Below, in pieces: positions 1 through 13,728 of a DNA stretch of 64,000 nt (the stretch's first letter is position 1; each line of letters begins with the position of its first letter). Source of the DNA: Octopus sinensis (taxonomy: Eukaryota); assembly GCF_006345805.1 (NCBI RefSeq), contig NC_043004.1, positions 27,900,001 through 27,964,000 on the forward strand. Direction: 5' to 3'. Position numbers and translations under genes: made by a program. Under the pieces are notes generated by a model. The model saw only the letters and a list, made by a program, of their open reading frames with translations, did not search any database and had not been told where the DNA came from.

Positions 1-155
1 TGTATGTATTTATGTATGTATGTATTTATGTATGTATGTATTTATGTATGTATTTATGTATGTATGTATGTATGTAGGTAGGTAGTAGGTATGTATGTAT
101 AATCAGGTGTATGTAGGGAGAGTGTATTTGTATATAAATACGTTTGTGTATGATT

Positions 156-280
156 GTGAAACTCTGAGTAACAGTTTTTTATGCTGTCTTTACAACTTTT
201 AAAAATAAAGCATATCACTCTACCTCCACCATTTGAGTACTATCTTTTCCACCTTGTTTCACATTTCCATGCTTACCTCT

Positions 281-282
<2 letters not shown>
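156..282 (+). mobile_element. PLE 3'-terminal remnant (same family as 13750-13878 and 32985-33110)
   Basis: GAAACTCTGAGTAACAG (3' half of the HHR) at 158-174, then aataaagcatat..tttgagtac..ccaccttgtttcac..ggt abutting (TA)n 283-338. Confidence 0.75.
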
Positions 283-342
<60 letters not shown>

Positions 343-409
343 TGCCTTTTATCTTTTATCTTTTATGGTTTTCAGCCGGAGGTTGAGGCCATGCTGGTGT
401 ACCGCCTGT

Positions 410-1150
410 ACTGTGTCCAGGGATTTTTCTAGTATTACTTCTGGTGAAGTTGCGAGTTGGACGTTGCCGCGATGTGGGTTCGTCGGGAATTGAAGATAAA
501 ATGCTGTCCAGACGTTTTTTGAAGACTTCAATGTCTACACCTTACACATCCATGATGTTCTGTGGTAGGGCATCAAAAAGTTGCAGTCCCTTGAATCCCA
601 ACCTATTACAATATTGGGATCGTATCTTCGATGGAGGGGATGGGACATTTGGTACTGCGCAGTGCCGTCCAGTTCGGGGGTTGTTGTAGATTTCGATTCC
701 GAAATTAGGAACCGGACCCTCCATTATCTTCCACATGTATAGCACTGCATATCTCTCTCGTCTCCACTCCAGGGAGTAGAGTCCCAGTTCCCTCAATCTC
801 TCCCAGTAGCCCATGTGTTTTACAGAGTATATCTTCTTTGTGAAGTGGCGTTGGTTCGCCTCTAGTTCTGCAATTAGTTTTACACTCTGTGGGGACCACA
901 GTTGGGAGCAGTATTCCGGACAACTTAGGACGAAGTTTCTCCAAAGCAGAAGCATCGTGTCTCTGTTCCTGGTCCTGATGGATCTAAGGATTCAACCTGC
1001 CACCCGCCTGCCTAGTGTTGCCATCCGAACAATGTGCTCATGGAAAGTTGCATCGTTGTGAATTCCCAGGCCACGCACCGACTCTAATTCTGGGATTACG
1101 TTGCCTGCTGGTCCCGTGTCCTTCAGCTGTAGTTTGTCGGTGGGCTGATA
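410..1150 (-). mobile_element. CR1/L2-group LINE, decayed 3' RT fragment
   Basis: ORF 542-955(-): EYCSQLWSP..ELEANQRHFTKKI..YWERLRELGLYSLEWRRERY..YMWKIMEG.VPN. Upstream VRGLG..DATFHEHI and downstream VFKKRLDSILSSIPDEP are typical of the RT C-terminus in this group. Confidence 0.85.
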
Positions 1151-1187
1151 GCGGAGTGCTTGAAATAATATGCAGTTCACTGAATGT

Positions 1188-1217
1188 TGTCGTTGTTGTT
1201 GTTGTGTTGTTGTTCTT

Positions 1218-1267
<50 letters not shown>

Positions 1268-1302
1268 TATTATTATTATTATCATTAATATTATTATTAT
1301 CA

Positions 1303-1333
<31 letters not shown>

Positions 1334-1398
1334 TATTATTATTATTATTATTATTATCATTATTATTATTATTAATATCATCATCATCATCATCATCA

Positions 1399-1445
<47 letters not shown>

Positions 1446-1479
1446 TTTCATTATCATTATCATTATCATCATCTTCATC

Positions 1480-1538
<59 letters not shown>

Positions 1539-1586
1539 TATCATTTATTATTATTATCATTATTATTATCATTATTATTATTATTA

Positions 1587-1618
<32 letters not shown>

Positions 1619-1707
1619 TATTATTATTATTAATATTATTATTATTATTATTGTTATTATTATTATTATTTTTTATTATTGTTATTATTATTGTTATTAT
1701 TATTGTT

Positions 1708-1743
<36 letters not shown>

Positions 1744-1756
1744 ATTATTATTATTA

Positions 1757-1802
<46 letters not shown>

Positions 1803-1825
1803 TATTATTGTTATCATTATTGTTA
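1188..1825. repeat. Compound trinucleotide microsatellite (GTT/ATC/ATT)n
   Basis: Directly visible; produces the spurious poly-I/L/Y/N ORFs. Confidence 0.97.
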
Positions 1826-2228
1826 TATACCTGTATCTACCTACGCACTCGCACAAACACACGCACATATGTATATATATAGGTATCTGTTTATGTGTGC
1901 TTGCGCACTAATGTGTGTTTGCGTGTATGCGCTTATAGCTTTGTTTCGGTTGCCGAATATATGCCTCAGAAATTAATCATAAGGCTGATTAATTATAAAG
2001 ATACACAATAAAATTAAATCTTCTATACCTAAGCCTTTGTATTATACTTGTTTTTCTAATAAGCAGACATGTTTCTCCCTCTTTACCGGCAATTAAATAG
2101 TATTATTTAATAAATGTTATATAATTATGAACTAACTATAATTAATTATATTTTCTTTGTAATACCACTATGACTTATAGAAGTACCACACGCACGTACA
2201 CGCGTGCACACACACATCCACATACATC

Positions 2229-2259
<31 letters not shown>

Positions 2260-2261
2260 CA

Positions 2262-2560
2262 TGTGTGGGAAGTAGCTTGTTTACCAACCACATGGTCTCT
2301 GGTTCAGTCCTACTGCATGGCACTTTGGGTAAGTGTCTTCTACTATAGCCTTAGGCCGACCAAAGCCTTGTGAGTGGATTTGGTAGACGGAAACTGAAAG
2401 AAGCCCGTCGTATATATTATATATATATATATATATGTTTGTGTGTGTGTGTATGTGTGTGTATGTGTGTGTGCGTGTGTGTGTGTGTGTGTGTGTATGT
2501 GTTTGTGGATCTGTGCTTGTTTCCCAACCATCGCTGACAACTGATGTTGTTGTGTTTATG
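2262..2560 (+). mobile_element. tRNA-derived SINE family 1, truncated at both ends
   Basis: Matches the 53476 copy: ccaaccacatggt..ggttcagtcc (B box)..ccttgtgagtggatttggtagacggaaactgaaagaagcccgtcg, followed by the internal (TA)(TG) array. Confidence 0.85.
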
Positions 2561-2810
2561 TAGATTGAATCAGGAAATAAAGGAAATATTTAGGGAGTAA
2601 TTAATTTTGTCCTTTCTGTTGTATGCACAAAACCTGAAATTTTTTGGGTGGGAGGACACTAGTGGAAGAGATTTACCCCAATGCTCAACTGGTTCCTATT
2701 TTATCAACCCACGACAAGTATGAAAAAGGAAAGTTGACCTTTACTGAACTTGAACTCAAACCATAAGGCTGGAAGAAATGTCGCTAAGCATTTTGTCAGC
2801 TCACCTCCTT
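2557..2810 (+). repeat. 254-bp direct repeat, copy 1 (~60 bp unique flank + decayed SINE family 3)
   Basis: Aligns to 5738-5991 with 8 substitutions and no indels. Confidence 0.92.
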
Positions 2811-2829
2811 ATAGGCGACCTTATAGGCG

Positions 2830-3480
2830 ACATAAATTGGTTTCACTTTTTGCCACAAGGTCGGCAGGATTTGTAGAAAGGTTTAAGTCGATTACATCGA
2901 CCCTATTACTTGACTGATACTTATTTTATCGACCCCAAAAGGATGGAAGGCAAAGTTGACGTCGGCAGAATTTAAACTCAGAACATAAGACGGAGAAAAT
3001 ACCTATTTCTTTACTATCCACAAGGGGCTAAACACAGAGACAAAGGGATTAAGTCGATTACATTGACCCCAGTGCGTAACTGGTACTTAATTTATCGACC
3101 CCGAAAGGATGAAAGGCAAAGTCGACCTCGGCGGAATTTGGACTCAGAACGTAACGGCAGACGAAATAATGCTAAGCATTTTGCCCGGCGTGCTAACGTT
3201 TCTGTCAGCTCGCCGCCTTGCAGGTGAAGTAAATTAAGACAAAGAAATATATATAACAACTGATTAGTTAAACAAAGGCAGTGAGCTGGTAAAATCACTT
3301 GATTGTTGGACAAAATGTTTGGCAATATTACTTCTTGCCCTTTATGTTCCGAATTCAAATCTTATTAACTTCGCTTTTCATCCTTTTGGGGGTCGATAAA
3401 ATAGAGTGCCTGTTAAATACAGGGATCCATGTAACTGAGGACCCCTCTTGCTAACATTGCTGGCCTTGTGAAAAATTTGA
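2830..3480 (-). mobile_element. Cluster of SINE family 3 copies (2830-3000 and 3005-3219 on -, 3290-3480 fragment on +)
   Basis: The minus strand reads GGCGGCGAGCTG..GAGTTCAAATTCCGCCGAGGTCGACTTTGCCTTTCATCCTTTCGGGGTCGATAAATTAAGTACCAG, the same as 22149-22379. The central CCTTTCATCC..GGTCGATAAA..GTACC motif resembles the MetaSINE domain (from memory, unverified). Confidence 0.85.
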
Positions 3481-4204
3481 AAGAAATGTATTTGATAAAT
3501 AGCAAATTAAGATTCTAATTACACGCAGCTTTCAGTTTAAATTCTGTATCAATCTGATACAGAAGTACCAATTTATCATGTTAGCCTGCTTAATGAATTT
3601 CAATACACATATGTTATATGTATTTATATGTTAATCCCGGTGTGAGTGTGTGGAACTTATATAAATAATAACGGTATTGTCATAAAAAATTATTAAATAT
3701 AGTTCAGAAGTAGAGAGGTATTATATAAAGGTATTATATAAAGTCAATTAAGTAGTGCTACTACTTAATTGCACGCTTAGAAGTAAAGTGGGTGTGGGGG
3801 CAACACGCTTGAATATAGTAAAAAATTCAAATGCAACACAGAGAGTTATGTATAATAAAAATCTAATTTTATTATTATCCCTATAATTAGCCAATTTTAT
3901 AATTAACACGTGAGACATATTCGGCAACAAAGAGACACACACGCATATACATATGTACACACACACATACACGCATATACTCGCAAATACATGCATCTGT
4001 TATGGACACATACATATATATATATATTTGTGCGTATACATATATATGTGTGTGTATGTGTGTATATATACATATATATGCATAAATACAGGTATTTATA
4101 CATATAAACATATGTATATATGCATATATATGTATGTACATATGTATATATATATATATATCTTTATATATGTGTGTGTATATGTATATACATATATGCA
4201 TACA

Positions 4205-5089
4205 CAGGATGCGATGGGTGATTGGTCACCATTTTATATTTTTAATTTAGCGCATGCGCATTGTTTGTGTTTGATTTTGTCGACCACACAGTATAGTAAT
4301 GTCAGTTGGGCAATGTCTGTGCGAAAACCAGCACCATAACGCAATTCACTCTTCCAGAAATTTAAAAAGGACATGCTATACTGCCTGGCACTTGCGCCGG
4401 AACCCCTAATACTAACAGATGGTAAACAAACAGAACAACCATTCGCTTGCCGTGACCCGAAAACATGTAACGAGAGTGATAAAAATCAAACATCCAGTCA
4501 ACATCATGGTGTTTGGAGTGATCACTAGTGATGATGACATTATGCCTCCATTCATCTTCCCACACGGCTTCAGGCTCAACACGGAGGCCGATATTAAGTG
4601 CCTGGAGGAGATAGCGCTGGTCTGGGTCAAGAGGGTGGATGCTGGAAGGTCCTATGTCTGGCAACAGGACTCTGCACCATGTCACACAAGCAGGAGAACC
4701 CAGTCATGGCTGTCGGACAATTTCTGCAACCATATCACCCCTAACATCAGGCCACCTAACTCCCCAGACTGCAACCCCCTTGGTTATTATGTGTTGGGTG
4801 CAGCTGAGCGAGAGACTAATAAATCTCCTTGTAATACCAAAAATGAACTGAAGGCAAGGATTATGGCAACATTGACCAACTTAAACAAGGAGACAGTCCA
4901 GAAGAGTTGCAGGAGATTCCAAAGTCGTCTGGAGGCTGTGTTTGAAGCCAATGGCGATTTTATTGAATAGTATTTTAGTATTTCTAGATATTTTTATGTA
5001 ATTTTAGTAAATATATCTGTTAAAATGAAATGTCAGTGTTATTTTACAATTTTGCGTAATTTAGACGACAATATATTCTCCATAACCTG
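4205..5089 (+). mobile_element. Internally deleted maT/mori (DD37D) Tc1/mariner transposon
   Basis: Contains the transposase C-terminal ORF 4419-4970. Both ends begin CAGG..(19 nt)..GTC, a degenerate TIR with only ~12/23 matches. Confidence 0.75.
4419..4970 (+). pseudogene. DD37D transposase C-terminal half
   Basis: MVFGVI..WQQDSAPCH..PPNSPDCNPL(G)YY. There are 37 residues between the QQD aspartate and the third-D position, which is mutated to G. The N-terminal HTH and first D are missing. Confidence 0.85.
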
Positions 5090-5131
5090 CCCCCATATAT
5101 ATATAAATATATATAATCATATACGTGTATA

Positions 5132-5175
<44 letters not shown>

Positions 5176-5457
5176 CAATGTCGTCTGTGATTCAGTGGTG
5201 TGTGAGTTACTGGCTATGTTGATGCTACCTTTCTAATTCAATGTCTGAGGAGAAGGAGAAGCGGTCATTCAAACCCAAAAAGGGATGCTCAGAAAGTAAA
5301 GATAATGCGTTGTTCTTAGTGTTCCCTGAATTGTAATATCGTGTGGTGTCAGGAAATAAAGTAAACCGAAAATGGTTAATAAAGTGACCGGGTGTACTGA
5401 AATACAGGGTCATAGATTAACATATATATTCTATATTTTCAACTCTCAAACCTCCTT

Positions 5458-5538
<81 letters not shown>

Positions 5539-5585
5539 ATATATCTATATATATATATGCATGTATGTATGTATATATCTATATC

Positions 5586-5626
<41 letters not shown>

Positions 5627-5693
5627 GTGCGTATGTGTGTGTATGTATGTGTGTATCTGTGTATATATATATATAGATATATATATATATATA

Positions 5694-5737
<44 letters not shown>

Positions 5738-5739
<2 letters not shown>

Positions 5740-5991
5740 TGTAGATTGAATCAGGAAATAAAGGAAATATTTAGGGAGTAATTGTTTTTGTCCTTTCTGT
5801 TGTATGCACAAAACCTGAAATTTTTTGGGTGGGAGGACTCTAGTGGAACACATTTACCCCAATGCTCAACTGGTTCCTATTTTATCAACCCACGACAAGG
5901 ATGAAAAAGGAAAGTTGACCTTTACTGAGCTTGAACTCAAACCATAAGGCTGGAAGAAACGTCGCTAAGCATTTTGTCAGCTCACCTCCTT
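5738..5991 (+). repeat. 254-bp direct repeat, copy 2
   Basis: See 2557-2810. Confidence 0.92.
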
Positions 5992-8436
5992 GTGCTATCT
6001 CACAAGTGTTGCTTTATTTGTGTTTTCGTAACCTAGCAGTTCGTCAGGAAGTAACCGTTGGAATAAGTACCAGACATACAGAAATAAATACTAGGGTCGA
6101 TTTCATCAAGCGATGTCTGAAAAAAGGCAAAAGTATATGTATGTGTATATGTATTTGAATACGTTTGTATGTATGCATGTATCTATGTATTTATGTATTT
6201 ACGTGTGTGTGTGTGTGCGTATGAGCGCGTCCATGTTTGCGGGTGTTCCCGTTGACCTTGCATTCAAGTGTCTGTCTGTATAATATCCTCTCTGTATCAT
6301 GCAACATAAAGCGAGGTTTAATTACTTTTATTTCAATACGATTTCCGAGCAGCTTTTGTTGATGTTTTTTGCTGTTTTTATTTTTACTTCGTTGTTGTTG
6401 CTGTCGTCATCGTCGTTGTTGTTGTTGTTGTTGTTGATGCTGCTGTTGTTGTTGTTCAGGTTATTGTTCTCTGGTGTTACGGTCGTTGCCTTCATTGTGT
6501 GGATACGTTTGACTTTCACTCAACTGAAAGGTCAAGGTGTTAAGGACACTTGTACTTTGTCGTGAGATTTCATATCCTGCTTACTGTCCGCTTCTCCCCC
6601 TCACCTGTTTGAACTAAAACACACACCACACACACACACACAGACACACACGGTTTCATTAAAATATGCCAATATATGCAGATATATTTATCTTTCTCCC
6701 TCACCCGATACCTTTTTCTTCTTCATCTTCAAACATAATTAGTCATATCAAGGAAACCTTATATCAATATTTTGCAGACCCCACCACTTAATCTTTCCCC
6801 TCCTTTAACTTGTGTGTGTGTGTGTGTGTGTGTATGTGTGTGTGTGTGTGTGAAAGAGAAATATAATTTCCACAAAAAATAACAAAAATATTTAAGTAAC
6901 ATATATAAGCATACTTTATTTTTGATATTAATTGGCCTTCGATAAATCGATTTATGTCACAAACGATGATCGATCGCAACAAAATGTACGTATGTGATCT
7001 GAGGCTACATTTATGGTTTCAGGAGATATAAAAAGGAACAAAACGCAAAGTAGGTGGCTATCAGAGATCTGTTCATTAACGGAGAATTTTATGGAACAAA
7101 GTTACACATACACACACAATACTTATATACATACATACATACATACATACATACATACATACATACATACATACATACATACATACATACAAACATACGT
7201 ATTTATATTTACATATATATGTGTATGCCTATATATATATATATACGCATGTATACACACACATGCACAAATACACGAGCGCGCGCACACACACACACAT
7301 ACACATAGACACACACCAACACCCTCATGTTCTGGCAGATTTGAACTTGAAAATGCTTTTTGATGCTGGATTCCGTCTTTGAAGAACAACTTCACCCTCT
7401 TGACGATGTGTATTTACAACGCACTTCAGAGACATAGCAAAATCTGCGGCACCGGTGTCTCAGCATGATTAGGTCTCTTCAGTCAGAGGTAGCACCCAGA
7501 CACCCGAAGCTAAACAAGAACGATCGCCCTTATTTGTAGAATTCAGTAAATAAAATATTTGCTGCTGTTGCCTAACTTCTAATCGAACATTTTCACAGGT
7601 ACATTCTACAGTTAGTTATAATATAAAACGTACCATTATGTATGTAAGCTTTAAATGTTAGCCTGAAGGATGTGTATGTTTTCATATAAGTGAGCATGAA
7701 ATCATTTGAAACAAAACCACATACAGACATTAACAAAATGTAGTTAAATCAGAGTAACTGGATCTCATTCTAGTTGGAAATCAGAATATTTTTAAAGAGC
7801 CACGTTGCCCTTCCTTGGCATTTAACGAAATCAGAGATTTGGGAATAGCTATCAGCGTCACCTAGATTACCTACATCTTTAATATAAACGATGGTCCCAG
7901 AACTTCTCGTCACGATATCAAGTTGTCAGCATTCTAATTATTCTCAAATTGTGTACGACCTCAACTAGAACGATGTTTCCCACTTTGCTCTTCCCATACC
8001 AAACGAGATATTCTAAGTAGGGTTCAAAGAATGTCAATTACAATGAAACCACAAATAACCTTTCTCTATTTGAATTATTCTGAAACAAATCAGGACGAAT
8101 CATTATCGGGAAAAATTTCTCTAAGGTATGCTTCGGCCAACAACAAATTCCAAACTGGAGTGACTTTAACAAACTATAGCTTAAACGATTTCTCTTGTCA
8201 GTGTTATTAAGTTAGACAAAAATTAGGACAATACTGGCGGAAGTAACTAATTTTACGTAAGTTTATATACACACACATGCAACGATACTCCTGCATACTT
8301 TTGCATACTTCCGTGTTTTCCTTATACTTTATGCAGTATACTGCCATGTGTTAAAGTAACAATGGTCAATTTTAACATGCTGCTTCTACCTTTCAATAAC
8401 AAGGAACTGCGGCTGCGGTGTTGATACCAGCAATAA

Positions 8437-8560
8437 GCTGTATATTGTGGGAACACTCATATACCGCTGTATATATCCTAAGAACACCTATATGTAGCTA
8501 TATATACTGTAAGATCCTATATGCAGCTGTCTATACTGTAGGAATACCTATATAGTTATA
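8437..8560. repeat. Degenerate ~30-bp minisatellite (4-5 units)
   Basis: Units such as gctgtatatatcctaagaacacctatatgta / gctatatatactgtaagatcctatatgca / gctgtctatactgtaggaatacctatata. Confidence 0.6.
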
Positions 8561-8699
8561 TTTGCCATTAGAACATCTGTCATTCTGTCTGCCTCTCTGT
8601 CTGTCTCTCCTTCACTCTCTCTCCTTCTCTCTCTCCTTCTCTCTCTCTCTTCTCTCTTATATATATATATACTTTATTTTAAGCAGCAGAAAATTCAAC

Positions 8700-8746
8700 A
8701 AAATCTGTTACTCTGAGTTTCTCGTTGCCGTTCATCAGACAGTTTT
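8700..8746 (-). ncRNA. Hammerhead ribozyme, inverted copy of 13729-13775
   Basis: Exact reverse complement of the 13729-13775 motif. Confidence 0.75.
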
Positions 8747-9747
8747 TGCTAGAATGGAACTTATATATTAATTCATCTATACTCTTACAAAGCTACTACA
8801 CCTTAAAAAGAAATGGACTTGTTTGATTGGCCCTTTAGAAAAAACGGTCAATCTTCGAGCGATAAACAAAAAGGTCAAAAATATATGTATATATATATAA
8901 AAAACTTATAAAAATTATAAAATCCGAGGAAAAAACCGAGGAAAAAAACCTATTGCCGTTAATGAAGACAGTACAAATTAATGCATATAGAATTAAACCT
9001 GTTATAAATACTGCAATACATATTTATATTAAAATCCACATATATATATCAACATACACAAAAGGATGCGCGTAAACGCCATACATACATATACAGACGT
9101 ATGAATATGAATCTAAATTATACACATAAAAGCATGTGTACATATATTCACGCAAACCGTCTCGCACGCAAGCTAAAATTCATCTATGTAGCAATTCTCA
9201 TATACTGAGCAAGGAGGGGGAACGAAAGAAAGGGAAAGAGAGAAAAAGGAACGAAGGAGGGGTGGGGAAAAAAACTTGTAGCGATGTTATTGGCATCTAT
9301 AGAGGCCAGTATACATACACAAGTTTGAATTGATACATATACATACCGTCGTGTGTATGCGTGCTTAAGCACAAGCATACTTTCACTTACACATACACAG
9401 ATACGCATGCTTACAAATACATATGCTTTGCTATACACCAACTTATATAAACATTCTAAATTTGACAACATTGCTTTTTTTTAAAAAAAACCATTGCTTT
9501 TAAAAATGGGTGCATTAATAAAAATATATACGAAAGACATATAAAATAAATATAACATCCTATTTTGGGTCATTTATAAATATCAAGGTAATAAATAATC
9601 AAGGTAATCTTATGCAATACAATAACATGAAACAAAGTTTGTAGGTTTCCTAATATATATGTAGAAACAATAAGACTTTGCTATAGGTCCGTGGTAGCGC
9701 TCAAGAGTCAAAATCAAAATCAAAAATCAAAATACAAAATATATACT

Positions 9748-10713
9748 CTATCCATATGGTATATTTATATTCGACATTTTAAATTTAGCCGCGTGCCTAC
9801 ATAAGTTCAGTAACTCACTTCTTTGATTCAAAGAATTATTGTCTTTGAATAATATGTGCATTTTCTCTAATAAGCAAAGCCTGCACTTGAAATTATATTT
9901 GTAAGCTCCATGCCTGTATGGTGCCGCCCTGTCCAGAATGCTCCATGCCTGTATGGTGCCGCCCTGTCCAGAATGCTCCATGTCACGTTGAAAGGTGGGG
10001 CTTCCTTTTCTTTTAGTTCCCAGACATATTTTGCTAGGCTGGTTTTCTTCCTATTCTCTGGGTATTTAAAGAATTCTTATGAGAATAAAATCTTGTTTTA
10101 AATGAATTTTCTGAAGCCCCTGTGTATGTCTTGTATTCCGATGAGCCTTCCACTTGCACCTTGGCTCTATAACTACTCCTTTCACTAGACATTTCCTTCT
10201 AACGGACAGGAGCTTTCGTTTTTGAAATACATTTCTTAATGGGCTCGGCACCATGTCTAATCTCAATTAGCTTCCTATTATGTTGGCTAATGTAAGAGGA
10301 AATTTCTGCAACAAGAATAGCTAACCTTCAGGGTTCTTCTATTAAATATTCTGTAGAATTTATGACCCTGCTTAAAATGCTTAGAGACTAATCTCAAAAA
10401 TTCCTTACCTATATTAGTCTTTACGGCCAAATTGAAAGCCGGGTTGAACCACAAAACTTTCCTGGTCCTAGTTCTTCGTGCAGCATTATTATTAGCATTA
10501 AGCTGGTTGAACTGAATCTTCTCCGAGAATCCACTATTCTTTAATGCGCTATCGTAATAAGGTGCAGCATTATGGAATGCTGCCTCGTCCGAAGAAATTG
10601 AAGATATTCTTCTACCTACATTGCTGACTAAGTTGCTAAGGATAACTGGTGGATGGTTCGAATCTTTGCTAATATACGATAGCTTTTCATTGGGCTTACG
10701 GAAAGGTTTAAAT
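9748..10713 (-). pseudogene. Inverted duplicate of the PLE RT thumb / linker / GIY-YIG coding region
   Basis: Track ORFs 9748-9981(-) and 10066-10266(-) match 12522-12725(+) and the end of 11376-12308(+). Carries a 35-bp tandem duplication at 9905-9974 that the sense copy lacks. Confidence 0.9.
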
Positions 10714-12725
10714 TTTCTGTTTAAACAATAAACAGAAAATAGAAGGTAACAAATATGGATTTAAATCTCCCAGAAACCCACCACCGATTCCGGAATTAGA
10801 AGCCTTCGAGAAAGACCTTTTCGAGCTTATTAGGAAAATTAAATTCCGCAAATTTACCAACCAATTGCAAAAAAACATGAGAGAAAAAATTAAGGAGATT
10901 AACGACTCGAATAAGATCTTCGTTAATTCTGACAAGACAAGGAACTTATATGCACTTGATAGGACGTTTATAAACGCCTGATTTCGAATAGTGTCACGGA
11001 CACATACAAAAAAGACAACACGAATATATACAAGAGGTGAACTTAGAAGCAAGAGGAATAGCTAACGATCTTAAGATTAGCGATAGGATTGAATACCTTT
11101 CACCACGACCAGCTTTTATTACTCTGAAAGACCATAAAGACAATTTTAGTAGAAACCCCAAATGTAGATTGATAAATCCGGCTAAAACTGAGATAGGAAT
11201 TATTAGCAAAAATATTTTAGACCGTATTTTAGTTAAGTTAGATAGTGAAGTAGACGTGAGAATTGGAAGAATAGTAAGTCAGTTATAGAGTGGTTTAAAG
11301 GTATTAGCTATAAGAATAATTGTAGTTTCACACACATTCGACATTATTGACTTTTACCCGTCGATATCTAGGACGTTGCTCCTAAGGGCATTGGACTTCG
11401 CCAAGCAGTATGTCAACATCGATAGCTCGGAAATTGAAATTATTATGCATGCGAGGAAATCGCTTCTGTTTTTCGAGGATTCCACCTGGATTAAGAAGAC
11501 TGAGGATTCTCTTTTCGATGTACCGATGGGGGCATACGACGGGGCTGAATTATGTATGCTCATAGGACCCTTTATTCTCCATAATCTAAAAATAGAATTC
11601 CCATTTATAGATGCAGGTCTATATAGGGATGACGGCCTTATAGCCACGCATAATCTAAACGGCCATGAATCAGATAGACTTAGGAAGGATCTTATAGCTT
11701 TCTTTCAAAGGATGGGCTTACGGATTACGATAGATACTAACCTGAATAGTGTAGATTTTTTAGACGTAAATTTTAATGTAAGATCGGATAGATTTAAACC
11801 TTTCCGTAAGCCCAATGAAAAGCTATCGTATATTAGCAAAGATTCGAACCATCCACCAGTTATCCTTAGCAACTTAGTCAGCAATGTAGGTAGAAGAATA
11901 TCTTCAATTTCTTCGGACGAGGCAGCATTCCATAATGCTGCACCTTATTACGATAGCGCATTAAAGAATAGTGGATTCTCGGAAAAGATTCAGTTCAACC
12001 AGCTTAATGCTAATAATAATGCTGCACGAAGAACTAGGACCAGGAAAGTTTTGTGGTTCAACCCGGCTTTCAATTTGGCCGTAAAGACTAATATAGGTAA
12101 GGAATTTTTGAGATTAGTCTCTAAGCATTTTAAGCAGGGTCATAAATTCTACAGAATATTTAATAGAAGAACCCTGAAGGTTAGCTATTCTTGTTGCAGA
12201 AATTTCGCCTCTTACATTAGCCAACATAATAGGAAGCTATTGAGATTAGACATGGTGCCGAGCCCATTAAGAAATGTAATTTCAAAAACGAAAGCTCCTG
12301 TCCGTTAGAAGGGAAATGTCTAGTGAAAGGAGTAGTTTATAGAGCCAAGGTGCAAGTGGAAGGCTCATCGGAATACAAGACATACACAGGGCTTCAGAAA
12401 ATTCATTTAAAACAAGATTTTATTCTCATAAGAATTCTTTTAATACCCAGAGAATAGGAAGAAAACCAGCCTAGCAAAATATGTCTGGGAACTAAAAGAA
12501 AAGGAAGCCCCACCTTTCAACGTGACATGGAGCATTCTGGACAGGGCGGCACCATACAGGCATGGAGCTTACAAATATAATTTCAAGTGCAGGCTTTGCT
12601 TATTAGAGAAAATGCACATATTATTCAAAGACAATAATTCTTTGAATCAAAGAAGTGAGTTACTGAACTTATGTAGGCACGCGGCTAAATTTAAAATGTC
12701 GAATATAAATATACCATATGGATAG
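10714..12725 (+). pseudogene. PLE reverse transcriptase + GIY-YIG endonuclease polyprotein (5'-truncated, about 6 frameshifts)
   Basis: Joined frames read YGFKSPRNPP..ELEAFEKDL, DKTRNLY, KCRLINPAKTEIG, FDIIDFYPSI, FDVPMGAYDGAELC, GLYRDDGLI (RT active site), WFNP..KVSYSC, C-N-x-x-x-x-S-CPLEGKCL (Cys linker typical of Neptune), GVVY..KTYTG (GIY-YIG), KCRLCLLEK..LNQRSEL..CRH. Supported by track ORFs 11037-11288, 11376-12308 and 12522-12725. Confidence 0.9.
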
Positions 12726-13728
12726 AGTATATATTTTGTATTTTGATTTTTGATTTGATTTTGACTCTTGAGCGCTACCACGGACCTATAGCAAAGTCTT
12801 ATTGTTTTTCTACATATATATTAGGAAAAACCTACAAACTTTGTTTTCATGTTATTGTATTGCATAAGATTACCTTGATTATTTATTACCTTGATTATTT
12901 ATAAATGACCCAAAATAGGATGTTATATTTTATTTATATGTCTTTCGTATATATTTTTATTAATGCACCCATTTTTTAAAAGCAATGTTTTTTTTAAAAA
13001 AAAGCAATGTTGTCAAATTTAGAATGTTTATATAAGTTTGTGTATAGCAAAGCATATGTATTTGTAAGCATGCGTATCTGTGTATGTGTAAGTGAAAGTA
13101 TGCTTGTGCTTAAGCACGCATACACACGACGGTATGTATATGTATCAATTCAAACTTGTGTATGTATACTGGCCTCTATAGATGCCAATAACATCGCTAC
13201 AAGTTTTTTTCCCCACCCCTCCTTCGTTCCTTTTTCTCTCTTTCCCTTTCTTTCGTTCCCCCTCCTTGCTCAGTATATGAGAATTGCTACATAGATGATT
13301 TTAGCTTGCGTGCGAGACGGTTTGCGTGAATATATGTACACATGCTTTTATGTGTATAATTAGATTCATATTCATACGTCTGTATATGTATGTATGGCGT
13401 TTACGCGCATCCTTTTGTGTATGTTGATATATATATGTGTTTTAATATAATATGTATTGCAGTATTTATAACAGGTTTAATTTCTATGCATTAATTTGTA
13501 GTGCTGTCTTCATTAACGGCAATAGGTTTTTTTCCTCGGTTTTTTCCTCGGATTTTATAATTTTTATAAGTTTTTTTATATATATATACATATATTTTTG
13601 ACCTTTTTGTTTATCGCTCGAAGATTGACCGTTTTTTCTAAAGGGCCAATCAAACAAGTCCATTTCTTTTAAAGGTGTAGCGTTTGTAAGAGTATAGATT
13701 GAATTAATATATAAGTTCCATTCTAGCA

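Noticed and set aside
992-1976. Long ORFs of 136-298 aa (poly-I/L/S/N/Y)
   Set aside because: Translations of the trinucleotide array; only the part overlapping the LINE remnant is meaningful.
2557-5991. LTR retrotransposon (direct repeats starting near TG)
   Set aside because: The repeat is mostly a decayed SINE; no PBS, PPT, CA end or gag/pol inside.
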